From Reclinomonas americana ATCC 50394 (lineage: Eukaryota): 64,000 bases of DNA. Below, piece after piece: positions 49,301-62,100 of the stretch. Made by a program: the position numbers and the translations under genes. The first letter of the stretch is position 1; each line of letters begins with the position of its first letter. The notes beneath the pieces are model-generated. The model did no database searches and was not told the origin of the DNA. It saw only the letters and a list, made by a program, of their open reading frames with translations. The DNA is taken from positions 8,904 to 72,903 of the forward strand of contig PS015285.1 of NCBI GenBank assembly GCA_048213135.1, read 5' to 3'.

Positions 49301-50025
49301 TGTGGCACAGGTCAGCGAGGCGCACATCGGCCTCCAATTCCTGCTGTACGCCTGGAGCGACGCACTGCTCTACGGAACCAAGCACGACGCTGCTGCGCAT
49401 GTGAGATATCGCTTCCTTTCCTTCTCGATGTGCATGTGCGTTACACTCACTCGCCACGCTTGCAGTACGGCACGGTCACCGAGCTGCTTGCGTCGTACCG
49501 CGAGTGGATTCATGCGGCCGACGTCGAGTACCTGGAAGCGAGGCTGCCGAATGCGCGTCGAGAGCATCCTGTATTTACGCGCATGACCGACGTTTTGCGC
49601 GACGCCGAGCGACTGGCGAAGGAGGAGCGGGTGAATAATAGGATGAGTCGCATCACGGACGAGTATCTGCGCTCATTGCCGGAGGTCGCCGAGAGCATCA
49701 GGTTGGTTGGCGAAAGGAATCTGCACGCTGCATTTCTTATTTCTTCTCCCTTTCCGATATCATCCTCCCTTCTCTGTGTTGTCGCCTTCCCCCTTCGGTC
49801 TTCCCCTTCCGTCTCCCCCTTCCGTCTCCCCCTTCCGTCTTCCCCCTTCGGTCTTCCCCTTCCGTCGTCTCCCCTTCCGTCTTCCTCCCCTCCGTCTTCC
49901 CTTCCGTCTTCCATCCTTCCGTCTTCCCCCTTCCGTCTTCNNNNNNNNNNNNNNNNNNNNNNNNNNNNNNNNNNNNNNNNNNNNNNNNNNNNNNNNNNNN
50001 NNNNNNNNNNNNNNNNNNNNCTCTC

Positions 50026-50111
<86 letters not shown>

Positions 50112-53100
50112 CCTCCTCCTCCTCCTCTCCTCCTCTCCTCCTCCTCCTCCTCCTCCTCCTCCTCCTCCTCCTTCCCCTTCCTTCCCCCTCCCCCCCCCCC
50201 TTTCCCTTCACCCACCACCTTCTTCCCCTTCCTCCTCTCAGGGAAGTCCACCTTCGCAATCACAAGATCGAGGTGCTGCCGAAATCCGGCCTCGAGGTAT
50301 TCGCCAACGTGCGTGTGCTGGACTTGAGCAATAACAAGATCAACGTCCTGCCGTTGCGTGCACTCTTCCTCCTCCCAATCCTCCTTGGTCATTGTCCTTA
50401 CCTTCATCGGCCGATTGCAGGTGGCGCTGGTTTTCTGGCTTCCGCTCGCTCAGCCACTTGTATCTGAACAACAACAAGATCCACACGGTGGAGCTGGACG
50501 ACATTGGACAAGGTGTAGCCCTGTGCCCCTCGCTGCGGCACTTGGAGATGGTGCGCACCGCTGTGCGCACCCTCGACGACCTGTTCAAGTTGGCACGGTG
50601 AGCGTGTGATGGATGATTGCCGAGTGAGTGAGTGAGTGTGGAGATGTGACTCTTGTCTCTCCTCGCACAGCAATGTGCGAGAACACATTCGAGTGCTTCG
50701 ATTCAACGGCAACCCGTGCGTCAACTCGTTGCTGGAGCGCAAGTTGCGTCGTTTGGTTGTTCTCATCGTCGGCATTCGACACTGCGAGTTGACGCGTTTC
50801 GCGGCAGTGATCTGCTGCACGTTTCCATCGAGTACCGTTTCCGAATCATCGACATGTGCACGCAACTGGGCGATCTGGACGGTGTGCTCGTGAATGCCGC
50901 CGAGCGCGTGCTGAGCTCGTTGCGGATCTTGTTTTTTCTTCGTTGTGGAATCCAGAGTCAGCGTCCGACTGTTCTTTCCCGTCCGTGCAGGTGGTTCAAG
51001 GATAACAGCATGATGGAGTTGCACACTGCCTGCTGTCACTGCATGTCTCCCCGTGTGGAGGAGCAAGTGGATGCGCTGAAAATCATTGGGTGTGTTTTTC
51101 GTGTGCCTCGCGTCATTATTCCATCGGCATCTGATACTGTGCACTGCAGTGGCGCGGGCAACTTCCTCGACACCGCGCAACAGCTGTTCCTCAACGACAA
51201 CATGGGCATCGTGTCGCGCGCCCTGTCCATGCAAAACGCACTCGTTGTCGAGCGTTGTTTGGCGGCCTTGTATCCGCTGCTCACCGAGTTCCAAACTGTT
51301 GCGTACGGGTGTGACGCGTGCTCAGTGTTCACGCACATCTTATTCGTCTGCTGCACAGGAACCACTCGTGCGTTGCATCTCGATCCAATTCCGAGAGCAG
51401 GGCGGTGCCTCGCGCGTACTGCAGTCGCTCTCGTTTGTCGCCTCGCGAGGTGAGCATGCAAGTGCGACGCATTTTTTCGATGTTGTCACCAACGCGCTCT
51501 GCTGGCGTAGCCACCTCCACTCTCGTGCAAGAGTTCTCCTGGCCGCTGCCGCTGCAGCACCAGGCGCTGCAGGTGCTGTGTGCCCTGGTGTGCGGCGGAA
51601 ACGAGCGAGACGATTTGTTGGTGTACCGATGGAGTGCGTTTGAAAAGGTGCGTATCAGGAGGCCATTGTGCTTCGTGTTCTTCACATTCCGACCCGTGGC
51701 ATCGTTTGTGCTCTTCTCCCTTGCGCCATGTTGCATCTTGCCTGTCATCTTCACCATCTCTCTCTCTTCTGTCACCTTCCTGTCTGCCTGTCTTTCTTCT
51801 TTGCATTGCCTTTCCCTGCCTTCCCTTATCTCTTTTCCCCTCTTTCCCCCTCTTTCCCCCTCTTTCCCCCTCTTTCCCTCTGCTTTCCCTCTCTTTTTCC
51901 CTCTCTCTTCCCTCTCTCTTTCCCTCTGCTTTCCCTCTCTTTTCCCCTCTCTTCCCCTCTCTTCCCTCTCTTCCCTCTCTTTCCCTCTGTTTTCCCTGTC
52001 TTTCCCCTCTTTCCCTCTCTCTTCCCTCCCTTCCCTCTCTCTTTCCCTGCCTTTCCCTCTCTCTTTCCCGCTGCCTTCCCCTCTCTCCCCTCTCTTCCTC
52101 TCTCTCTTCCTCTCTTTCCTCTCTCTTTCCTCGCTCTCTCCCTCTCTTCCCTCTTCTCTTCCCCTCTCTTTCCCTCTCTTTCCCTCTCTTTTCCTCTCTC
52201 TTTCCCTCTGCTTCCCTCTCCCTCTTTTCCTCTCCTCCCTCTCATCCCTCTCCTTCTACCTCTGCAGTCGCACGACCCACTCGTGTCGGAGAGTTTCGCC
52301 GCGGAGCAAGTGCAGCACCACATCGAACAGCTGACCTCGACTGGCAATGCCGTCGCCGTCCTGCTGGCACTGATGCAACCATTCTTGCAGCGGCCGATGT
52401 CGTCGTTGACACCGTTTCGTATTGCACGCCAGCCGATCCGCACAGCCCGTTGCACCTGACAACAGTGTTGCCGTCGCAGACATGAGTCCGGAATTCTGTG
52501 CAAATGCATGTTCCTCTTCACTGTGATGGTGTGTGGCCCGCCGGCACCTGCCTCTGCGCAATCGGTGAGTCGCATGTGGTCACACGTACGTTGAAGCCGT
52601 CACCTTATGCTCTCACTCACAATTGTCTCCCACTCGCAGTGCCCTCGTGCCGATCCGCGACTTCTCAGCAAGGAACTCGTCGACGTAATCCTCGCTCTGC
52701 TGGCGACGCACTCTGGTTCCACTCTGTGGGCTCTGTCATTGCTGGTGCGTCTCTCAATTCACCCCTTGTATTTGTTCTGTGCCTCGAGAGTCACCCGTTG
52801 CACGCAGATCCTCCTCCGAGTGGATCCAGAAGAGCATCCACAAGTGATGGTTGGTACTGCTGCTTTCTTTGTTGACCGTTTCGCCAGCTCACACACCGCT
52901 CTCTCTCTCGGTGTGCAGAGTGTGCTCTGTGACATCCGCAGGCTCCGTTTGTTCCTCAATCGTCTGGTCCGAGCGTGCGCAGCGGACTCCCGAGGTACAG
53001 TCGGTGTCACCGTCGCTCCCTCCATTCATCTGCTCACATGCCTGTAATGCCAGAGCACGAGATCGCCGACCTCATCTGGCTTCTCCTCCTGCGACTCACC

Positions 53101-56100
53101 AGCGCATTGCCGGAACTCACTGGTCTCCTCTGTGCGGCTGCCTCGGGTTCCGATAGCATCATTTCGTGTTGTCTCGTCAGCCTCATGGGTCGTCGGTGCG
53201 TGTGTATCTGGTTTCCGTTGACTGTCTGCCTTGGTCACACGCTCACCACAACCTCCATCGCATCAGCGTGCTACAATCGCGGCTCGCTTTTATGTTCCTC
53301 TGCAGCAGCTTGGTCAGCGACTCGGAGGCCTGCCACACGCTCGTGGAGCAGGTCGCGATTCCTTTGCTTGTTGCTAACAAAATAGCCACTTTCTCATTCT
53401 CTCTCTCCCGATAACAGCTGACGGCACCGCAAGCATTGCGCCTCTTTGAGGGCGTGCAGTTTGTTGATGCCACTTTTACACCGGCTGCCGCCAGTCATCT
53501 CCTCTGCCAGCAGCATCCGAAATTCCGACCATTCCTGCGGTGAGCATGCCCACGTGACGCTTTTATGCTTCCGCCAGTCTCTCATTTTCCCCCCCGTGAT
53601 CTCGCAGCGCCTTGGACTTTACTCGCCCGCGATATCCGGACTCGCTGTGCCGCTCAAACGTGTTGCTCCTGGTGGCTCGCACGGTACGCTCTTCGTCTGT
53701 CCTTCTGCCTCTCCACGTGCCTCACTCCCGCCTTTTGTAGTTGCGACGACTTACCGCCGGCACGGTGTCTGCTGCCGCCAATGTCGAGGACGACGCGCAA
53801 CGAGAACCACTCTTCGACTGTGCGCAGCGACTGCTGTCCATGACGTGGCACAACGATATGCAGGATCTGGATGCGTCGGCCATCGAGACCAAGGTCTCTC
53901 TCCTCTCATCACACCACTTTTAACGCATTCGTCTCATCTCTCTACTCTCCTTTCCTTCATTCCCCGTGCGCCAGTGCCTGGCATTCGACATTCTGAGCAC
54001 GTTTCTGGCCACGGAAGCGTGTGTTCCGAAGCCTCCGCAGTCGTCCGGGGCAGTGGTGCAGTTGCCGCTTGTGTGCACAACCGAGGACGTAGAGTCGACA
54101 TTGCGTGGTCGGCAACCGATAGGCACGGCTCCTGTCGCCTGTTGTTTCCTCCGCCTTTCACTCACTTTTCTCGTCACAGACGCCTTCAAGTGCACTGTGC
54201 AGCTGTCGGCCGCCGACGACAATGCGCGATCGCTCTCTGGTCCACTGAAGCGCGGCGCGGCGGGTGACGACGACGACGACGACGACGATGGAGTGCCGCG
54301 GCTCGTTGTCTCCTTTGTCGCTTCCTCCTCTGTCTCCCCGCTCGATCGCATGTCGCGAACCGAGTCAGCCGTCTCGCACACGTGCAAGCTCCTCGATGCC
54401 ATGTTGGTCGACGGTCGCCTGCTGTCGTGGTTGGTTAAATCCATGCAGAGAGTCGTGTCCCTTAATTTGCAACTCTGACTCGTGTCGGTGTGGCCCAGTA
54501 TGCATGATGCGTCACAATTGTCGTTGTTGCTCTCGCTGTGGAACTTTGTCGAGTCGCTGGTGTGGAACTGGCAGTGCTTGAGCGCGCTGCAGTCGCTTGA
54601 CGCCTCCTTCAATGAGGTGCTCACTGGCGACCACGTGGCGTACCTGATGAACAAGTGCGAGCTGGACGACAAGATGCTGCTCTTCTTGCGCGCCCTGTGC
54701 ACGCAGTTGGAGAGCAGCGCAGCTACTGTCAGCACACAGACACTGACGCTGCTGCATCGCATCCTCGCCACCGGTGCGTTGGACTGGACTGACTCGCCAC
54801 CTCCCTCACTCTCATGTCCCTCTGTTGTGCTCTCCAGTGTTCGCATTTGTCGGCCTTCCCAAGCACTTCTTCGTGTGCAAGTCGATGCCGGTGAGCGGTC
54901 CGGTGGATGCGTCGACCATGCGACTGCCGTCGCTGCCGGACATGTTCATGATGGGCGCTTCGCGTCCACGCCGTCTCGGCGCCACCAACACCATTCCGCG
55001 CAGCCTGCGCGAGGTCGCTGTCTCGTTGACTCCGGGCATGCGTCTGTTCATCGGCAACACGTTTTGTGTTGCCGGTGCCCTGGTCGACTGCGCTCTGCAG
55101 CTCGCCGCACAGACGGAGGTGTCAGCCGCCGCTCTGGCACGATCCGACGACGCCGCCGGCGCCAATCCGTACGGAATCCTCTCGGCCGCCTTACAGTACT
55201 TGCTTGTCGTCTCCAAGGCTGAGCCGAGCGACCGCTTCATGTTGGCACTCACCCACCTCCTGCAAGTGCTCACCGACCACGCACGCGTCAGTAACAGCGG
55301 TCGTCTGGCCTCGATTGCCAGCTGCCTCACGTCGATTCGCGAGGTCCTCAAAGTGCGCCCACATGCGGCCGATTTGCGGTGCGGACACTGCTCTTGTCAG
55401 GGCCTGCCTTCTTGTCGCTTTCTTTGCTCACTTGCTGTGTGTTGTTGTGCGCCGAAGTCACGTCTGCGTCGATGGACACGTGCTGCAAACGTGTGTGCGC
55501 CTCTTGCGCGATCTGTCGCCGCACGTCGATGTTCTCAGTCCACAACCGGCGACTGGTGCCGCCGCACCCGATGTGTTGCAGGCGGCGCAGTGTGCGGCCC
55601 TGCAGCAGGCACTCGCCACGTGCGCCGTCGGCTGTATTTTCACTCTGTGTACTCGAACGGCCGCACACGGCTCTACTGCCTCGCTGCCGACACTTGATGT
55701 GATGCACGAGCTGCAGCAAACGGCCACTGCCAACACACAACAACTGCTGGTGTGCCTCACGCCCGATCTGCTTGCGCACCTGCTGACGGCGCCTGCGGAG
55801 CTCTTGCAGGAGGTGCGTAATCTGGGTGATCGCGGTTGCACACACAGTGACAGAACTCTCACCGCATCACAGGGTGAGCACGCCGTGCTTGTGGCCGAAT
55901 GCGCGGAGCATGTGCTGGCAGACGAGACTCCTGCCTCGAGCACTGGTGCCGCTGGCGGCGAGAGCGCTTTGGTTGGCGGATCGGCACGCAACGGGAGACT
56001 CAGTCTGTGGCTGTTGGACGCACTCGGCGAAGGTGTCGAGAGCACAGAGATGCAGCTGCGAGCACGAGAAGCACTGCTGTACGTGCTGTCATCAGCTCGC

Positions 56101-59100
56101 CGTGCGCAGGTCCCGCTTCTCCGTCAGCTGGAGAAGAGCTGTGTGGCGGACGAGGCAAACCGGCGGTTCCTGGTCGAACTGGGTGCCCCTCTGCTGAGTG
56201 CGCTCATAGCGGTCGCAGCTCGTGTCGTGGTGGAGCGCGATTTGCAGCTTCCGCCTGCCGACTTTGCGGCGGTGGTTCGCAGCAGCGAGGCCGCCTTGCG
56301 CCTGCTGCATGCGCTTCTGAGTGGCTTGCAACCGTTTGCCGCCTCCATCAACTCTGCATCAGTGGTGGGCTTGCCCCCGTCGCGCCGCTTTGCCTGTTGA
56401 TACTCATTGAATGTGTCTGCGTATGCAGCGACTGCGCACACGCTCTGGACTCGACCTGGACACTCGCACGCAACACTTGCTGGCCGAAGTGCCCGATTTT
56501 TTCCAAATCGTCGAGTCCACGCTCGACGCCATCCTCCATGACGAGGTGTCGATGATTGTCGCCGGTGCCGACGGCGCCGATGCACTGCTTCAAGGCACGT
56601 GTGTGTTTTTTCTTGGTTGTTGTTGAATGTTTGGTGGGTGCATATTCACATTCGACGACAGAGACGTTTCTCGAAGCCCTCTTGGATGTGCTTCATGACG
56701 TGCGACCGGAGCAGCTGGCGCAGCACTCGGGCGCAACGCTCCACCGCCTCTGGCAGCTGCTGCTGGTGCGATTTGGCTCGCCAGCGCTTCGCTCGGTTTG
56801 TGTGTCTGTGTACGGATGGGTACGAGTCGTTGCCGCTGCTCGTCTCATGAATTGTGTGCAGAGTCCGGCAACGTACCTGACGCTGCGCATCTTGACCCGT
56901 GCCGCCGTGCTGGTTGATGTGACGGAGGACATTGTGCGGTCGACAAGCGCAGAGAGCTTGTTGTCGCTCCTGCGCTGGTGCGTGGCGTGCTCCGCGGAGC
57001 GCAGTTGCGTTGTTCTCTATCCTTGCAATTCCTCCCTTGCCCGCTTCGTTCTCACCTTTCCCCACGGCCACCGCAGACTCGGCGCCAGCGGCCGCCGCGT
57101 TGCATCACTGTTTCCGTCTGCTGGCGTCGCTGGTCTCTGGCATGCGTGTCGAGTACCTGCTGCCCAGTGCGGAACACGTGGTGTCGGCCGTGTCGGCGTG
57201 CGTGCAGACAGTGTTGAGTGCGCCGCCGCCGCCGACTGCCGCCGACCGCCGCGACCACGAAGAGGCGCTGGATGCAGTCATGGAGTTTCTGGCATCGCTT
57301 CTCCGCTCACACGACTACTTCAAGGCTCGCTTCGCCACCGAGCAGATGGTGGGCACTCTGGTCCAGCACGTACTGGCCGGCGACGACAGTGGGCGACTGC
57401 TGTCGCCGACCAAGCCCGACACGGCCGCGAAAACTCTCTCTGTGCGTCAGGAATGCCTGTGCCTGTCGGTACTGGCCGAGTTGTGCAAGGGCAGCACGCC
57501 GTGCTGCGGTGCTCTGCTCGCCTCGGCAGCGGGCGACAGCCTGTTCCTGGCAGCAGGTTTTTTTGTTGTTTGGTGGTCACGACTCTCTCCTTCTTGCGCT
57601 TACTCGCCCTCTCTCTCTCTCGCAGAGCGAATGGTGGTCTATCTCGCCAAGCAGGTGGTTCGCGGCAATGTCGCGGTCAGCACCGCGGCTGCCAGCGTCA
57701 TTTCTGCCCTTGTAGCCACCGTGCCGCTGCGTGATGCATCGCTCCCGGTGCCTGCGTCGCTGCGTGCCGAGCGACAGCAAGCATCCGCTCAGTCAGCGCG
57801 TTCCTGGACAAACACCGCCACCACTACCGCCACCGAGCAGCCACTCCTTTCGCCAACGACACCAGTGACGGCGACCACCAAGAGCACGGTGCAAACCCTG
57901 CTGGAGCGCGCCCTGGACGCCACCGTGGCTGAGTCTGCCAATCCCGACACACCCATCTCGGGCACCGCCGCGGCCACCGTGGCCTCCCTACTGGGGCAGG
58001 CCATTGAGGTTATGGCGCAATCGCCGACCACTGCAGCAGCACCACCTGCTGTCTCGGTGGCCGCAGAGCCGGCGTCATCGTCATCGTCGTCTTCGTCGCA
58101 CAACACTCATCGGCCGCAACCTGTGCTTGTGAATACTGGCGCGGATGCACTTGCCAGCTCACTTGACGTGCCGCCGACGCCTCGCACGCCCTCCATGTCC
58201 GCGCTCGACAATATGCCGCCTCCGGTGTTTGCCGGCCTCATTGTTACCTGTCTACATGAGGTGCGGGCACTGAAAGAGCTTTTTCATTCCCTCCCTCCCT
58301 CTCTCACGCACGCGTGGTGCAGACACATTTCATGCGCACGGTGATGGAGGACAGTCGACCATCGTCGGTATACTCTCATGCGCGGACACTGGCCGTTGAC
58401 ATTGCGAATGGGCACGAGTTGCTGGCCGACGATTTGTTGAATGTGTGCTCCCGCCTGTGCCACGAGTACGTGCAGACAGCGTCCGTCATCACCGGCAGCG
58501 GTGGCAGTGCCGCGGCTGCGTCTGCCAGCGACAGCGACAGCGACAGCGCGCCGTCCACCAACGCTGTGTGGCAGTATGCTTCACATACACGCGCCATGTC
58601 GAATCTGCTCGAGCTGGTGGCCTTGTTGCGTGGGGGTTGCACGTCGAGCATTTGGCACACGCTTATGCACTGTTTGACCATGCACCAGGTGCTCGGAGAA
58701 GCTGGTCGCCGGCTACTTGCCGGCCATCCAGCAGACCGCCAGCCAAGTGCGTTGGTGCGCACTGCTGCAGGCCACCTCGCGCGAAATGTCGGGTGGTATG
58801 CACTGCTTGCTTGCTTGCCTCGTGTGTGCCACGCAATCTCACTCCGATGACAACGAACAAGATCTGGTTTCGACCAGCCTGCTATTCCGCAGAATCGCCG
58901 ACTGCCTTGCGCGTCAGTTGCGAAGCGAAGATTTGCGTGGCAGGCTCGCCACTCTGGAGTCCCGAGCGGCGGAAGCCGGGCAAGCCAATGTGTTTTGTGC
59001 GGTGAATACTTGAATTCGAGTGTCTTTGCTGCTGCACGTTGCGCAGCTGCTTACCAAGATTCTTGTATCAACGCAGCTGTGGGACTTGCTCGAGGATGTG

Positions 59101-62100
59101 GATCACTTGTTGCAGGTGGATTCCACGGGGTCGATGGCCGTGGAGATCTCGTGGGATGCCGTGGTGGCCGACGCTGCTGCGTTGCTGCGAGACTACGTCT
59201 GCGCGCTGTCTGCAGTCGCTGCCGCGAGTGTGAGCAGCTTGAGCAAGCGGCGATCTGCCGCGCAGTGGCTCACGCACCTACCGTGGTGGTCTCTGCCCGT
59301 GCATATTGATCAGTTGTTCGTGCAGTCGACGGCGGCGGCTCCACGAGGCGCGCTGGTGAGAGTGTCTGGTGACGTCGATCTGCTCGCCGTGGCCTTGTTG
59401 CTCACTTGCTGGCGGGTGCAGGAGGTGATGCGTCTCGTGGAAGAAGTGCTACGTAGGCCTGCTGTACTGCGTCTGACGGCGGCGGAGGCCCCGCGTGTGT
59501 TTGCCGCTGGCCTCCGTCAGTTACTGGACCACTTTGTCGTGCAGCAAGTTGCGTGGGAATGGTGTTGTGTGCTGATCCAAATCATGGACTGGTTGGCATG
59601 ACTCGTCACTGTGTGCAAACGGCAGCACTCGGACGCCTCGTGTGTGAAGCAAACGTGGTGCTGTGCTCTGGTCACATTCGAGCGATTGCGCGAGAGCGGC
59701 GCCGATGGGTGCGTGATGATGCTGCCTTGCTCACTGATCCCCATTTTTTCAATTAAGTGTGCTTGTGTCTCAGTTTGCTGTGGGCCGAGAGCATCACCTA
59801 CGCCGAGCTATTCAGTGCACTGCGCGACTCGTCCATGAGCTCCGAAGTCGACGTGGCCACCGTCGGCAAGCTGGCCACCATAAAGATGCAAGCGGTGTGT
59901 CGGGGCGGGGCTCGCGCTCCTCCAACGCGCTCTCGCACACTCACCGCGTTTGTGGTGATACAGATGCCGCTCTCAGAGGGAGTTGCCGACGTGTTGGCAC
60001 CTTTGCTGGACATGGCTGGCCGGCTGCTTGCCGAACCGACGTACGACTCCTGGTTATCGGCGGCGACTGTGCTGCAGCAGGTGTGTGTGAAGGGGTGTCT
60101 TTCTGTTGACCGATTCGCTGATAGCTGTGTGCCTCTTGCAATGCAGCAGCTCTCCACTGCATCGCTGCAAGGCGCCTGCGTGGCGCTGCTCAAGACCGAA
60201 GTGGCGCAATCGCTCTCCAAGTTGGTGGTTACCTGCGTGCAATATGTGTTTGACCCGCAGTCGCCACAGCGCGCGCCCCACGAATGGTTCTTACCGTGTT
60301 GCAGTGATGTGGTTGGTGCTGAGACTCACTGCTTTTTGCATGGCGCAGGGATGTACTGGCCTCGCGGTGTGCCATGGTGGTGGGAGCAATCGTCGATGCT
60401 GCTCGCGAGAGTCGTGCCGAGGTGTGAAAATCAAGCAAGCATCGGTGTCTTCTGTTTTTTTCTGTGCGTGCTAACCACCGTACCCAGCTGCTGGAAGCAC
60501 TGCTGTCGGGCGTCGTCCACGGCTGTTCGTATCCGCGCTCCGACGTGTGCATGCAATTCCTGCGCCTCGTCTCTCGACTCGTTCGAGAAGCTTGTTGCGT
60601 GTGTGCGACAACGTACTCCGTTCCCCTGCCGCCGCTGGTGTTGAAAAGAAATGTGTGCTCTCCCCGTCGCAGCACCGGACATGGTGGCTGCCATTGTCGT
60701 CGAGCACCAGCTCCCACTGTTATTGCTGCGTTCGATAGACACGGTGCCGCGGTCGCAGCAAGCCGCCTACGCTCAGGTGGCACTCGGCGTCCTCTGTGCG
60801 CTGGCCGATGTGGCCGCATCCAATGGTTTGCGTGCGCGCGCCACCGCTAGACAGTTGCATTGTCCTCATGCAGTGGCGTGCGCAGGCCTGCAATTGCTCC
60901 CAACAGGCACGTTGCCACTCACCGTGTCAGCATGGGAGGGACCCGGCAGCATGACCTCCGTGACGGCTTCAGTGCGATCCGCCAGTTGCATCCTGAATTC
61001 TTCTGCACACCGCCTCCTTGCCATTCCGCTCAATCATTATGTTGCCGCTCCTCAAAATGCAGTGTCCTCTCTCCGCGTGTGCTTTGATCCGGCTGCCATG
61101 GGAGACGACGTTGCAGAACTTGCTACGGCCCTGGTGGACAAGCTGGTCACTTTCCCGTGGGGATTTTCAGCTCTCTTCTCCGGCAACGGCATCCCAGCCA
61201 TCATGGTTTGTGTCGCTTTTTTTGTTATTTGCGTTGTCTGTGCTTGACAACGCACGGCTGACATGCATCGATATCAGGTGTCGACAATTCTCCCGGCCAG
61301 TGGAGTCGCCGACAGCAGCAATGCGCATCGCGCACACGCGCTGTCGTCTCGTCAAGCGCGCGTACTTTCGCTGCTGGACAAGTGCCTGGCCTCCATTGCC
61401 AGTCGACAGGTTGACTGGGCGCGCACCAGCGAGGCAAGCAGCGAGGCTGCCGACATTGTGCAGTCATTCACCACCGACTGCAGTGCCATCGAGGTTCGCA
61501 CCGTCCTGTTCTTGCTGACCTTGCCGTGCGGAATTCATCGAGTGTTTAGGTGGCCAAGTTGATTCGCGTGGTGGACGTGTCCGGTCGCTCGGCCGACCAG
61601 GCTGCTCTGCAGGCGTTGCGCATTCTGCACGCCATTGGCCAGCTGAGCGGCAATGCAGCGCAAGCAAACATGAGCCTCCTCGAGTCGTCGACGTGGGGCG
61701 AGTGGATGCGTGACGTGCAGTGGCTCCGTGGGTCGGTGCCGGCCGGCATTCCTGCGCACCTCTTTGGTATCCTTGGCAACACGGTGGCGGCCGGTGACGT
61801 GCGCCAAAAGACCTCCGAGGGTGTCATGGCTGGCCTCCGAGGTGCGTTTGGCGTGTCAGCAAGTCGTCGTTGATGTGTGTGTGTGTGTGTGCCAATCCTC
61901 GTTTCCGATACTTGCAGGAGCTGTTGCCTTGTGGTCGGTGTTAGGCGTGGCGGTGAGTAGTGCTGCATTCATTATCGATGTGCAATTGCTTGACTGCTCA
62001 CGTTACGACGACCATTCACACAGAATGGTGGTGGGGACGTGCCGTCGCCGCAGCATGTATCGGAGACCCGTCGTGCCATTCTCAATTTCCTGCGACGGCT

